This document shows positions 27,881 to 40,500 of a DNA stretch of 64,000 nucleotides, in pieces. The notes beneath the pieces were generated by a model. The model ran no database searches. It saw only the letters and a program-made list of their open reading frames with translations, and was not told where the DNA came from. A program made the translations under genes and the position numbers. Source of the stretch: Octopus bimaculoides (Eukaryota); assembly GCF_001194135.2 (NCBI RefSeq), contig NC_069004.1, forward strand, positions 35,549,455 through 35,613,454. Direction: 5' to 3'. Each line of letters opens with the position of its first letter. Within the stretch, counting starts at the first letter, position 1.

Positions 27881-28110
27881 TCCTCCATGTGATTTAACAT
27901 CTTAGGATCAGGTTCCACAACTTCTTCCCATGTCTTCTTCTTCTTCTTACACAAATTCCTTTCACTGTAGTCGTTTGTCTCTTCTTTGTCCAACTGCCAT
28001 CCCTCATCTGCATCCCGTCCTCACCAATTCCCTGATTGAATCTTTCAATTCCTATTCTTCTTCCTCGGTTCACAGACACCCCATCGTTCATTTACAGTCT
28101 TCTTGTTTTC
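27870..28110 (-). mobile_element. RTE C-terminal relic
   Basis: ...KKTWEEVVEPDPKMLNHMEEMTRN, similar to the RTE at 58.5-59.8 kb. Confidence 0.55.
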
Positions 28111-28794
28111 TTTTCTGGAAAATAATTGAAGTATCCAGTGTATTCATTCGGTTTTGTTTTTTTGTTTTTTGATGTGTAATGTGAAGGTGATTTGGCTGCT
28201 TTTTTTAGTAGGTCAAGTAACTGGCTTCTTCATTGGCTCCTGTAACCTGTTTGCAAGCTAGGTTTGTTGAGGCCAGCAGTTAGAAGAGACTTCAGTGGTG
28301 TCTCATTGAAACAGCCATTCCTACCGCTGGATGGTCATCTCTGCTGCCAACCATTCCACACAATCCAACCCCAATAGACAAACATGAAGTGGGAAATTGA
28401 AGGAACCAATAACAGCAGAACTGGTAGTGGTGGTGGTCTTTGAACTGTCCCCTATTTCAATACAGATGCCTTTTTTTTAGTTTTACAGAAGAGGAAGAAC
28501 TAAAGTAATTAAAATGAGGTCAAAGTTCATGTGACCGAAAATATTGAAGAGAGCATGTGAGGATTTAAGGGTCAAAGGTTATTTAAGAAAATAAAATATT
28601 CTATGAATGGACAATTAGTTTGTAAGAATTTGTTCCATAGAAATGTTAAAGGCTTACCTCCTCCCCCCTCCTGCTTCCTCCATCTCTCCAGTCTCCCTTG
28701 CTGTCACAATCATTCATAGAACCAAACAGGGCCTCTTAGCCGTTTGACAGGCTAGAAATAGCAGTCAGAGTCACCCCCGTAAACCATAGTAAAA

Positions 28795-30135
28795 TTGCAA
28801 AAAAAAGGTGACTTAAGTGTTTGCGGAAATTATAGAGGAATTATGTTATTATCGACTCCCGGAAAAGTTTTTAACAGGATACTTTTGGAGCGGCTGAGGA
28901 CAGCAGTCGACAAATTGTTGCGTAAAGAACAAGCCGGATTTAGGCAGAACCGTTCATGTGCAGATCAAATTGCCACTCTTTGCATCATCTTAGAGCAAAG
29001 CGCAGAGTGGAATGCACCGCTTTATATTAACTTTATTGATTTCGAAAAAGCATTCGATAGTGTAGATAGGGAAGGCTTATGGAGAATTATGCAGCACAAC
29101 GGCATACCAGACAAGTATATATCTATAATAAGAGCAACTTACCAAGGAATGTCATGCCGAGTCTTGCATGGGAACGGAGCTACGGATAAATTCGAAGTAA
29201 AAACGAGTTCAACAGGGCTGTATACTTTCTCCCTTTTTATTTCTACTAGTTATAGATTGGATTATGAAGGAAACTACGATTGAAAGCCAAACAGGCATTA
29301 AATGGACGGATGCAAAAGCTCTGGAAGATCTCGACTTTGCAGATGATATAGCGCTAATTTCACAAACATATAAGCCAAATGCAAAATAAAACGTCAAAAT
29401 GAGAAGCAATAGCTGCCAAACTAGGATTGAAAGTCAACTGCGACAAATCAAAAATTATGCGCGTTAATGAAGAAAACAGTGAACGTATTAAACTAGAAAC
29501 TGGTGAACTAGAGGATGTAGCCGAGTTTACATATTTAGGTAGTAAGATAAGGTTCTCAGGCAGCACCGACGAAGATATTAAGATGAGAAATAAGTAAGGC
29601 AAGGACCGCTTTTCACCTGTTAAAAAAAGTATGGAGCACAAGTGTAATTTCAATAAAGAACAAAATAAGAAATTTTAACACTAGCGTAAAAGCGGTTTTA
29701 TTGTATGAGGTTGAGACATGGTGAACAACAGTTAAGTCAAATAAGCGAATACAATCATTCATCAACAGATGCTTGCGTAGTATACTTAAAATCAGATGGA
29801 CCGAACACATAAGCAATATGGAGCTATGGCAAAGAACGAATCAAGTTCTGATCAGGGAGCAAATATTTAGTAAAAATTGGAAGTTGATTGGTAGCACAAT
29901 TAGAAAGGACAGACCAAATGTAGCGAAAAGTGCTTTACAGTGGAATCCGGATGGATATAGAAAGAGGGGTAGGCCTAAGAACATGTGGTGCAGATCAACA
30001 CAAAAGGAACTAGAGAAAGGGGGACATTCATGGCAGAGTATAAGTACAGAAGCGAGAAATTATGCGACATGGAATTCAATTATAAGTGGCCTATACTCCG
30101 CGTTGAAGGATTAAAGGCAAGAAGAAGAAGCAACT
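28795..30135 (+). mobile_element. 5'-truncated RTE-clade LINE (RT domain plus C-terminus), inactivated
   Basis: KKGDLSVCGNYRGIMLLS, EQAGFR, DFEKAFDSVDR, QQGCILSP, FADD at 29336-29347, QWNPDGYRKRGRPK; frameshift near 29213 and internal stops; (GAA)n tail. Confidence 0.9.
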
Positions 30136-30299
30136 TTAATCTTTATGATCTTCAACAGCCACCAATACATGAAGTTGTTTCTGATAAAAGGAAACGAAAA
30201 CTATCGTCAAATTTAGCCCAAGAAACTTGTGTATATGTCTCACATATTTCTAAGCTAAAGTTAATACAGATCTAAACCCCACGGGAACAGCTAGCAATA

Positions 30300-30387
30300 G
30301 CCATGTCTCTTCTCCCTGAGTCACAGAACGAATTTCACTCCGGACGTGGCACAGTGAACGTAATTTTTGCCATCTGTCAACTGCCAG

Positions 30388-30425
<38 letters not shown>

Positions 30426-30890
30426 CTGGATATCTTCAATCAAATCTGGTTTTTGTTGAAATTTAAAGCATCAAAGAATATCATGGTCAGTAATACAGAT
30501 GACAATGTTGTGTCCAAACCCGACCAAATCCCGTCCCGACAAATGAATGACTCATGCGTCTTACCATTTGAAATTTACACTCTACCAGTTTAACATCAAC
30601 GAGTCTCAACTTGTATCGACCTCTTCCAAGGTCCACCCAGTAAAATAGAAATTACCCTTTACAACAACCTGAACAAATAAGTTTCCTGCTTTCCATACCT
30701 TTCTTATCTTAATCTCATCTTATCTTATCTTCAAATGTGACCATCCCCAATGATATCAGCAATAGGAAGTGCTCACTCGATGCCGCGTATGAGAAGCTTC
30801 AGCCAAGAGTCTTCAGGAAACACAACCTCAAAACTGCTACCAAGCAGTCAATGTAATGAGCGGCAGTTATCAACTCAGTTTTCATATTTG
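30300..30890 (+). mobile_element. Fragmented BovB-like RT relic
   Basis: LLPESQNEFHSGRGTVNVIFAICQLPEK and AYEKLQPRVFRKHNLKTATK. Confidence 0.6.
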
Positions 30891-30972
30891 TGAGACAAGG
30901 CGTGAATTTCTTATCGATGTCACATCAAACTGCTGGGCTTGTGTCTGAATTACAAACAATTAATATTGTTGT

Positions 30973-31190
30973 TAAGGTAGCAAGCTGGCGGAATCTAGCA
31001 CGCCGGATAAAATGCTTAGCAGCATTTCGTTCGTCTTTATGCAATAAGTTCAAATGTCGCCGAGGTCGACTTTGCTTTTCATCCTTTCGGGGTCGATAAA
31101 ATAAGTACCAGTTGAACACTGAGATCGATTTAATCGACTTACCCTCACCTCAAATTCCAGGCCTTGTGCTAATGGTAGAAAACATTATTA
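30973..31190 (+). mobile_element. SINE family A
   Basis: Head AAGGTAGCAAGCTGGCGGAATC, GTTCAAATGTC B-box. Confidence 0.85.
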
Positions 31191-32548
31191 TTATTGCAGG
31201 CAGCAAACTGGCAGAAATCATTGGTGCGTCAGACAAAATGCTTAAGGCATAATCAAACCCTCTCTTTGAAGCCTGAAAATTCATCCATCTATTTCCTGAT
31301 TTATCCGCCCCGAACCATTTCTATCTCTCCCACCTTACCCCTCCCCTCAATACTGATATTTCCCATCAACTTCCATCCTCTCTAATTGTCAACAGGTAAA
31401 TTCTCTCATTCTTTCTTTCTCTTTTTTTTTCTATCTATCTGCAAGAAGTCAACAAAATGAAATCTACAACCCATAGAGTGGACCACAGAATGGCAAATAA
31501 CCCGAGTACACCAACGTGAATAAGCTGTATTGTGGAATTACAATAAAAGCAATATCAACTGATATTTTTCTTCCTCTCATTTATTTGTCACATGTAAATC
31601 GTCACACTTGTACTCCGAAAGTTTGCTCACGGTCCTAACCACAACCATTCTATCTTCTTCCCAGCTACACTCACCCACCCTTAGAAAACGCAGGCTAGCC
31701 ATGTATCTTCTCTTTTGCAAGACATATACACTTGTCCCCCCATCAAACTTTAGCCACTCAATACCTGGTATAAAGCAAACCTTGCTCAAATAGTCTTTTT
31801 CTTTTCCCATTTCCTACTCCTTTCCTGTTTTGCAAGTTTCTACTAGGTGACCTCAGTAGTGCCGGTGGCGAGAGAAAAGCACCCAGTATACACTGGCGTT
31901 AAGAACGGCACCCAGCCATAGAAACAACGCAAAACTGACGTTGAGGTCTCGTCGCAGCCCTGCAGCTATCCAGAACTTGTCGTTCACCCATAACAGCATG
32001 GAGAACGAACGCCAAATGATGATGATGATAATGGTAAAGTTGTTCGCCCTTCCTTCATTCTCAACTTGGGCCTGGGCTATGCTGGTTACGAACCTGGAAT
32101 TTCAAAGTCGATTAGGTAAACCCGTAATCCTAGATAGGGGCTCATTTCGGTGAGTCAACTGAGCTGGGGACTCGTGTAAGACAGGATTGTCACGCCCTAG
32201 AATGACGGGTGAGGTTTTAGATCTCACTAAATTAATTTAATTACCATAGTCACCAAAAACACAAAATATTTGAAATGTTGCCATTTTACGTACTTATAAC
32301 GAAAGGTATAATGAGGCAAAAATAATGATTTGGAACTAAAGTGTAAGTCCACAAACGCTTTAGTAGAGGAGACAGTCAATAAAATCGAAGTTAGTACTTG
32401 GAACAAAAAAAAACCAAAACAACAACAAAATGAAATAAACAAAAGCTGTGAGAAACAAGATCCTCACATTTTTGACCTCAAATCACATAGCAAATTGTTG
32501 TCGTAAATAACAACGAGGAACGTTTTTATAGCGGAGCACCGTTATTGG

Positions 32549-32585
32549 GATCACATGACATGTCAGCTGACAAAGTGTGTCAGTG
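32549..32585 (+). promoter_or_regulatory. Putative MFSD1 promoter module: M-box TCACATGA, palindromic TGTCAGCTGACA, Inr-like TCAGT
   Basis: TCACATGA 32551-32558; perfect 12-bp palindrome 32561-32572; TCAGT 32580-32584; about 650 nt upstream of the ATG. Confidence 0.45.
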
Positions 32586-33213
32586 CAGCCTTCTGTGTGT
32601 GTGCGTGTGTGTGTGTGTTTGTGTACATTTCACTCACACACACATATGTATGAGTATATATACCTCAGTGTGTATATGTGTGTTTGTGTGCGGTGTATAT
32701 ATATATAACGCACTGTTGATTACTTGGCTGTGATCTGTTTCATACGACTTATCTCTTCCTCATCATCATTGTAATTCGTTCTTTATCTCTTCCATTTACA
32801 TCTACACACACACAATCATACATTTATATATGTATATACACACTGATCTCTTGTAAATATCGTGTCCAGAGTCTCATATAAACACACAACAAATATATTA
32901 TATATATATATATACTACATAATTATATATATATGTACGAAGCACCTGTTTAAGCTCGGACCTTATCTATAATTGTGATTCTCCTCCCGAAACATTTAAA
33001 TCTCTCTCCCACCCTCTTAGTTTCCCCTTGTAAACACCACTCCCCCTCTATATATACTCACTAACTCTGTCTCTATCTATCTTTCCCTCTTACTCTCTTG
33101 TACTTTATATTACTATATATATCCGCCTGTGTCTTCCTGTGGTTCTTCTGTCCGCTGCCGTTGTTGTTCTTCTTCGTATCTCACATCTCAAACAAACCCT
33201 CAGGACTGCGAAG

Positions 33214-33385
33214 ATGTCTTTAGAGGAGGCTGACGAGAAAACGTCCCTGATTCGATCCACTGAACAAGATGCAGACGAAGAGGAAGAAGAAGAATTATCC
33301 GGGTGCGGGGCCACTTTACCATGCAACCCCCGTCGGAACTTACATCGATACCTCATCCTTTTTATCATGTGTTTCCTTAGTTTTG
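33214..33385 (+). CDS. MFSD1: MFSD1 coding exon 1
   Basis: MSLEEADEKTSLIRS...CNPRRNLHRYLILFIMCFLSF; gtaagt donor; upstream ctcag acceptor at 33203 suggests a non-coding exon further 5'. Confidence 0.9.
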
Positions 33386-33457
33386 GTAAGTTTTTTTTTT
33401 TTTACTTATTTTGTTTTTTTTTTTGCTTTTTTTAAAATTTCAAATGTTCTCTTCAAC

Positions 33458-33500
<43 letters not shown>

Positions 33501-36500
33501 GTAACTGAAACCAATGCAAATACGAGAACAATAACCACCCCCACCATCAACTTTAGCAAACACTTCCACAACCACACTAGAAATAACACATTGGATAACA
33601 CAAGTTTGAACACAAACAGACGGGATAGCCACGGCTGGCTGGAATACCTTTGATCATGAGGGTAAACTTGGGCGCTAAACTACAACCACTAATACTGCTA
33701 CATCAAACAACCACGTTCACCACTATTGCAACCCCCACAGTGATCACCACACCGTGGGCTAGAAATAGCAGTCAAACAATATATCCTTCAAATCCAGCTT
33801 TACCGCCCTTTTTACACTGAGACGTCAGAGTATAGATAATGCAATGACCAATTTTTCCCTTGAAAAACACGGCTGGGGTGTCATTGGTCATCTAGATCGT
33901 TTGACCAGGGTTGACGGAACAGCAGCTACAGATGCCCTCACCACCAACAACAATAACCTGTGTTTAAACACCTCCCACAATAACAATAACAGCAATTATT
34001 ATTTACTGGTCACCGTCTAGTTAATTAGTGGAGCGTGGCGATTATAATGACAAGGTGTGTGTGTGTGTGTGTGGATTTGGTCTGAGATCCTAATATATTC
34101 TAACAAAAAAACTAGGGTGAAATAATGTGTTGTGTGTGTGTGTGTTTAGCCCCAAATTAATGCTTTGCTCTTGTTCCTAAATCCATCCATCCATGTTTTT
34201 CTGTTTGTTATGTTGTCGTAGAATCTTTGGAATATCATTTACGTAAGGCAAATAATATATATATATAATCTGGAGGTCCCACTACGAATTACAAAAACAT
34301 TAAATGAACTGCTTTAAAATTTTCCATTGTTATTTGTAAGTGGTGTTTAGGGTAATAATAATAAAAAAAAAAACCTCGACTCCGTCGGTCACGAATGACC
34401 ATGGGTGCACCTAAGAGGTTCCCCTCCGGGGTAACAAGTCTGGGTGGAAAGTCGCCTCCCTGATGAACGCACAACTTAAGGTTGTTTTTCTACAGATGAG
34501 TGAACTGGGGCAACGTGAAATATAGTGTCTTGCTCAAGAACACAACACGTAGCCCGGTCCTGGAATCGAACTCACAACCTCACGACCGTAAGCTCGGCGC
34601 TCTAACCACGGAGCCATGCGCCTTCGTGGTAATAATTATTATGAATGCTAGTACCAGTGCTCAACTGGTACTTATTTTATCGACCCCGAAAGGGTGAAAA
34701 GCGTAAGTTATCTAGACGGAATTTGAACCCCAAATTTGAGTACAAGGACAGTGATTTCGGGAGTAGGAGCTAAATCTATTACTTCGACCCCAGGGCTTAA
34801 CTGATATTTATTTTACCGCCAAATGAAAGGCAAAGTCGACCCCGGTGGAATTGTGAAGACGGACGAAATGTCGCGAAGCATTTTGTCCGGCGTGCTAACG
34901 ATTCTGCTATGTCGCCGCCTTATCAAAATTTTTCTAAAACTTCTCACCGCAAGAATCAACCCAAGATGTATGGGAAATCCTTCGGTATTGGTAGACAACA
35001 TCATTCACTTACACAGCTTTCCCTCATGACATAGATAAAAGGGGTGAATGACTCCATCTCTTCATACCGACACCCTGGACACCAATACCGAAGGATCGCC
35101 GATGTGTGAACTGGCGAGACGTTACTCATCCTTCGGTCCTTATTTTTGTCATCCTCTTAATTATCTCGTCATCCTCCCAGGGACCCGATTTAGGAACAGT
35201 TGCTACAAAAATAAAAGCTGGGAGTAAAGAAAAAAAAACAAAGTTTCCTATTGTAACACATGATTATATTGATGGAGCACCCCCCCCCCTCCGTTTCATG
35301 TAGAAAGAAGGAAAAGGTCAGGGTAAGAGGTGGTGGGTGGGGGAGTCACCTTATTTGCAACACGAGTTTGTCGTTCTTCCACATTCTGCATAACATTGTG
35401 TCATTCCAACTCACCAATGTGAAGCTGAAAAATCTTAACCCATTGAATCAAGACAAAATAAATACGCGATCACTGTTCAATAATGTGTTTTTTGTGTACA
35501 AATAGTGATGTTTCTATTTTCTGAAGGGGGTTCTATTTCCAATAAATAAACACAACAGTGATTTCGTTACTCGTAGGGATATTGTATCGCCTGATTATCC
35601 TGGCCCCGTTTAAAGTGCATATCGACGGGGGAGCTGTGTCGTGTCTGTAAAATGTATAAAAGTTCAGTTTGTTTGATGTGAAAAATCATAATTTCTTGAG
35701 TAGTGTTAAATGAGAGCGAAAATGGATTTTCCTTGACAAAAAGTAGTGAGTGTTTCTGTGGAAAATGAAACCAAGAGATCGAATGTTCGTTTTCCAAGTA
35801 AACAGAATTGAAATGGAAGTAAAGCATTGAATAAGTAGTTTATGGAGGGGAGAGTGTTGGTTAGCATAAAGAATCGTTGTGGGATTAGGCAAACAGATAA
35901 ACGAGACCTTAGTAGATATTGGTACTCAACAATCACAGTTGAATTGATGTGGCAGGCATGCCTCTCCTAACGATTGATCTGAACAAGTAACAAAAAAAAA
36001 AAAAATGAAATCCTTTTATTCCGACTCAAAAGAGATGAAAAGCAAAAAATCAATCTTGGTGGTGTCGATTCATCAATAGATATCTTATAGAAATCGAACG
36101 TCAGGCCATTTGGTGGGGCAGATCAGTCTTCTGCTGTAACCCTTGGCATTCTTTATGAGGATATTAAAAGTGATTCAGATTCTTGACTGGTTTCAGTGAC
36201 CGCAAATAAAAATGAGGTGAAGACGTAGCCGTGTGGTAGTCTGTTGGACACACAGTCGTAAGATAGTGGGGGTCGATTCCCCAACTTGAGGACATATTTT
36301 GTCCTTGGGTAAAGCATGAGTCGGTTCTGACGGAGAGTTGCGCCTCGCAGACGACTGGTCCTGTATCTTGCAAACGGAATATGTCAATGACTCTTGGTGT
36401 CTACATTACACTGGATCATGATGATGATGATGGTGGTGGTGTTGATAGGAATGAAAGTGAATTTGCTACGGCAGAAGTTGAACTTGGAATATAAAGAAAG

Positions 36501-37477
36501 GAATGAACGATGTGGCCGTTCGGTTTAGAATTTACTGTGTGTGTAAATGTGCATATACATACAAGCATACAGACATAAACACACACAAATAGTTGGGAAC
36601 GTGACCCGACTTTTCATCCGATGTCACTTTGTCCCATATCTTTTGGTCTGACGACTTTTTGTCCAACGACCTTTTCCCGATTTTAAATAAACTCTTCAGA
36701 AAACAAGATGAACATCAAAATCAAATAATCATTGAAAATTTTACTGATAAGATTTGTTGTTGGACAAAAGACGTTTGACGAAAAGACATAACACCAGTTG
36801 GGAAGTTCTACTTGGCAGTCATTTGGTATTGTATTCTACTCCACTGCATGACTTCTATAGCAAATTTCTCTTGTCATAGCCCTTGGATGACCGAAAGTTT
36901 TGTCTCATTGAAACTGTGAGGTGTGGGGGAGAGGAGATGTCTGTCGGGTGGGTTGTACCTGGGTAGTGGACTTCATTCCTTCCCTGAAGCATGACTACAT
37001 TCTTTATGGATTAACTTTATCACCAGCATATGGTCAGACAGTCTTCTTTCTTATTTAGGGACAAGGCTAGGAGTTTAGGTAGCGGGGTAAGTTGATTATA
37101 TCGACTCCAGTATATGACTGGTACTTATTTTATCGACCCTGGAGAGATAAAAGCCAAAGTTGATCCTGATGGAATTTGAACGCAGAACGTAAAAAGCCAG
37201 GACAAATACAAGGCATTTTTGCGAAGCTCGGATAATTCTGCCACTTGAACACTTTTGACTCAGTAATGATTTTGTTTTATAGAAACAAATAAAGATCATC
37301 ACTTTATAACGGTATGTGAATCGAAAAATATATAGACTGATAGGTAGAGAGGTAGATAGACACTAAGAGAATTAGTTTTGGCTTGATTAGGTTGAATGAG
37401 GTGGACTTCAGTCAGACTTGAGTGTGGAAACAATAGAAGCAACAATTTAGTGTTACACAGATAGATAGGTATATGTT

Positions 37478-37549
<72 letters not shown>

Positions 37550-40500
37550 CATATATATAAGATAGATAGAGAAAAAAGAGGGAAACAAAATACGAGGTTA
37601 CAGGTGAAGAGAAGTGTGTGTTTGTGTCTAGCCGCTAATCACTTTCTTAATTTAATTAACTTTCCATTTTATCCATTGAATTTAAAGAGATATCTTTCAA
37701 TGGCTTGGTTCATTGTTCAATTGATGTATTTTTTTACAACAATTTTATTAGCAAGTCAGAGTATCGGTGTGTGTGTGTAAATGTGAAAATACGAAGAAGG
37801 CTGTGCCAGAAATAGCAATGAAGTTACTCTAGAATCACACACTGCTGCCTTGAAAACGGTGGTTTGACGACGTCTTAAAAAACGGAATGGTCACGACTGA
37901 AATGGCCTCCATCAATAAATTGCAACAAGAACTATTTGTTGAAAGTTCAAAAAGAAACACAAAAATTTCTTTATATATGATCTATCTATCTATCTATCTA
38001 TCTATCTGTCTGTCTATCAATCTATCTATCTATTTGTCTGTCTGTCTGTCTATCAATCTATCTATCTATTTGTCTGTCTGTCTGTCTATTATCTAATCTA
38101 TCTATCTATTTGTCTGTCTGTCTATCTATCTATCTGTCTGCCTGTCTATGTATCTTATCTATCTATCTGTCTGCCTGTCTATGTATCTAATCTATCTATC
38201 TATTTGTCTGTGTCTGTCTCTCTCTCTGTGTCTGTCTCTCTCTCTCTGTCTGTCTGTCTATCTATCTGTCTGCCTATCTATCTATCTGTCTGTCTGCCTA
38301 TCTATCTATCTATCTATCTATCTATCTGTCTGTCTGTCTGTCTGTCTGTCTACATGCATCCATTAAAACATGTAACATGATGTTACGTAATTAGTCAGCA
38401 GGGGACCTAACTCTATTGGCACGTGTCATCAAATATGTGCGTTTGTCTCATCGTCTCCTAATTTGTCCCTTCCAATCGTCTACAGCCAACACGTTATCCC
38501 CTATAAACTATAGCAAACTGGCAAAGGTGTTAGAACATCGCATGGAAGACCCCAGTGTATCATTCATTCTTGTCTCTAAGGCCTGTGTTCAATTCTTATC
38601 GAGATCGGCCATGCTGGAGTCTCCTCCTCTTAGTCTCTCTCACATACACACATACATACATACATACATTACATGCGTGTGTGTGTTGGGGAGGGGTGTT
38701 GTACTGCTGGTCAAAGGTCCGGTCTTGTCACGTCGATTCGCTCTTAGAACCGCGTTTAAAGTATCTCTGCAGAGATATTCAGCTGCTTGCATACTGTGTT
38801 GTCTTAAGGGATTGTCACGCAGGGGGACACCACGAGTCTAGGAGAGTGGGGGCAGGGNNNNNNNNNNGGGGGGGGGGCTAGCTGCTAATCTATGTATACT
38901 GTGGTTGTGTAGTGTAGGGGCCCCACAGAGCGTTGCTTTTGTTAAGACAGCCCTTGTTTACATGTTTGCTAACCCCCAGCTGTAAAGAATTATTATTGGT
39001 GGAATAATTGGAGCGTCGATTGTTGGAGACAGAACAGGGAATCCACCGCCGCCTTCACCCCCACCATTTGTTCTACCCTTGAACCTTTGCGTTTGATAAA
39101 TGTTGTCAATATCGATAACAACAGAAACAACAGCCATAGAACTATTAGTAACAAGCAACATCAGCTGTGGAATTGTTTCATAATCGAAAGGTCATTACCG
39201 TTTATTGTGTTGCTGTGTCAAAGTCTCTCACTCCCCCTCCCCCTCTGTACAGTTATTTGTTTATTTAATTCCTCCGCCGTTCACTTATCACCGCGTGGTC
39301 GTCGCCGTCCCCGCCGTCGCCCCCATTAAAGACATGTGATCGACGAATTATCCAGCGAGCCTTTTACGTCATTGGTTCCCCATCTCTTTTCTCTCACGTC
39401 CCACTTTAGCTTACTCTTTTACTTGTTACAGTCATTTGACTGCGGCCATGCTGGAGCACCGCCTTTAGTCGAGCAAATCGACCCCAGGACTTATTCTTTG
39501 TAAGCCCAGTACTTATTCTATCGGCTTGTTATTGTTGAAAAGAATCCATTTTCATCACACAAGACAATACAATGCAAAAATGGTTCGCTTTTATTCCGTG
39601 ACAGCAAAGCGTAGCAAGTTTCAAGATGACGGGTCAATTGAACGCTCATTCAGCTCGTGTGGTACCCACTTGTCCAGCTTCTTTATCTTGCCGCTTCTTT
39701 ATCANNNNNNNNNNNNNNNNNNNNNNNNNNNNNNNNNNNNNNNNNNNNNNNNNNNNNNNNNNNNNNNNNNNNNNNNNNNNNNNNNNNNNNNNNNNNNNNN
39801 NNNNNNNNNNNNNNNNNNNNNNNNNNNNNNNNNNNNNNNNNNNNNNNNNNNNNNNNNNNNNNNNNNNNNNNNNNNNNNNNNNNNNNNNNNNNNNNNNNNN
39901 NNNNNNNNNNNNNNNNNNNNNNNNNNNNNNNNNNNNNNNNNNNNNNNNNNNNNNNNNNNNNNNNNNNNNNNNNNNNNNNNNNNNNNNNNNNNNNNNNNNN
40001 NNNNNNNNNNNNNNNNNNNNNNNNNNNNNNNNNNNNNNNNNNNNNNNNNNNNNNNNNNNNNNNNNNNNNNNNNNNNNNNNTTGTTGTGATATTTTCACAT
40101 CACCAAGGAAGTAAGTCAGCTATTCCTGACCTCTCCAATGTCATGTGGTCTAACGCACACACACACACACACACACATGTGTGTGAGTCATGAACGTGAT
40201 GTTGCTTAGTATATTAGCAGAAGCCCTGTGTGAGTTTGGAGAAGTTCTTTTGCCAGGAGGTCATCGTTATGGGATTGTCTGTGTGTGGGAGTTAAACAGA
40301 TGAATTTAAAAAGGCTTTCCCTCCCCCCTCTCCCTTTTTATACATTAATGTTCAGTTCTAATAAAAACAATTTTACATTAATCTGATGGGTTGCTCCATA
40401 CTTTTGTACAAATCTATCATTCTTAAACAGGAATGTTGTGGACAGTGAGTTCGAAGTATGGGACTGCAATACTTTAGAGCCTTTATGTAGGCTCTGTTTA

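Noticed and set aside
31640-31800. Possible CR1/L2 RT C-terminal relic (PTLRKRRLAMYLLFCKTY)
   Set aside because: Only one short, weak motif.
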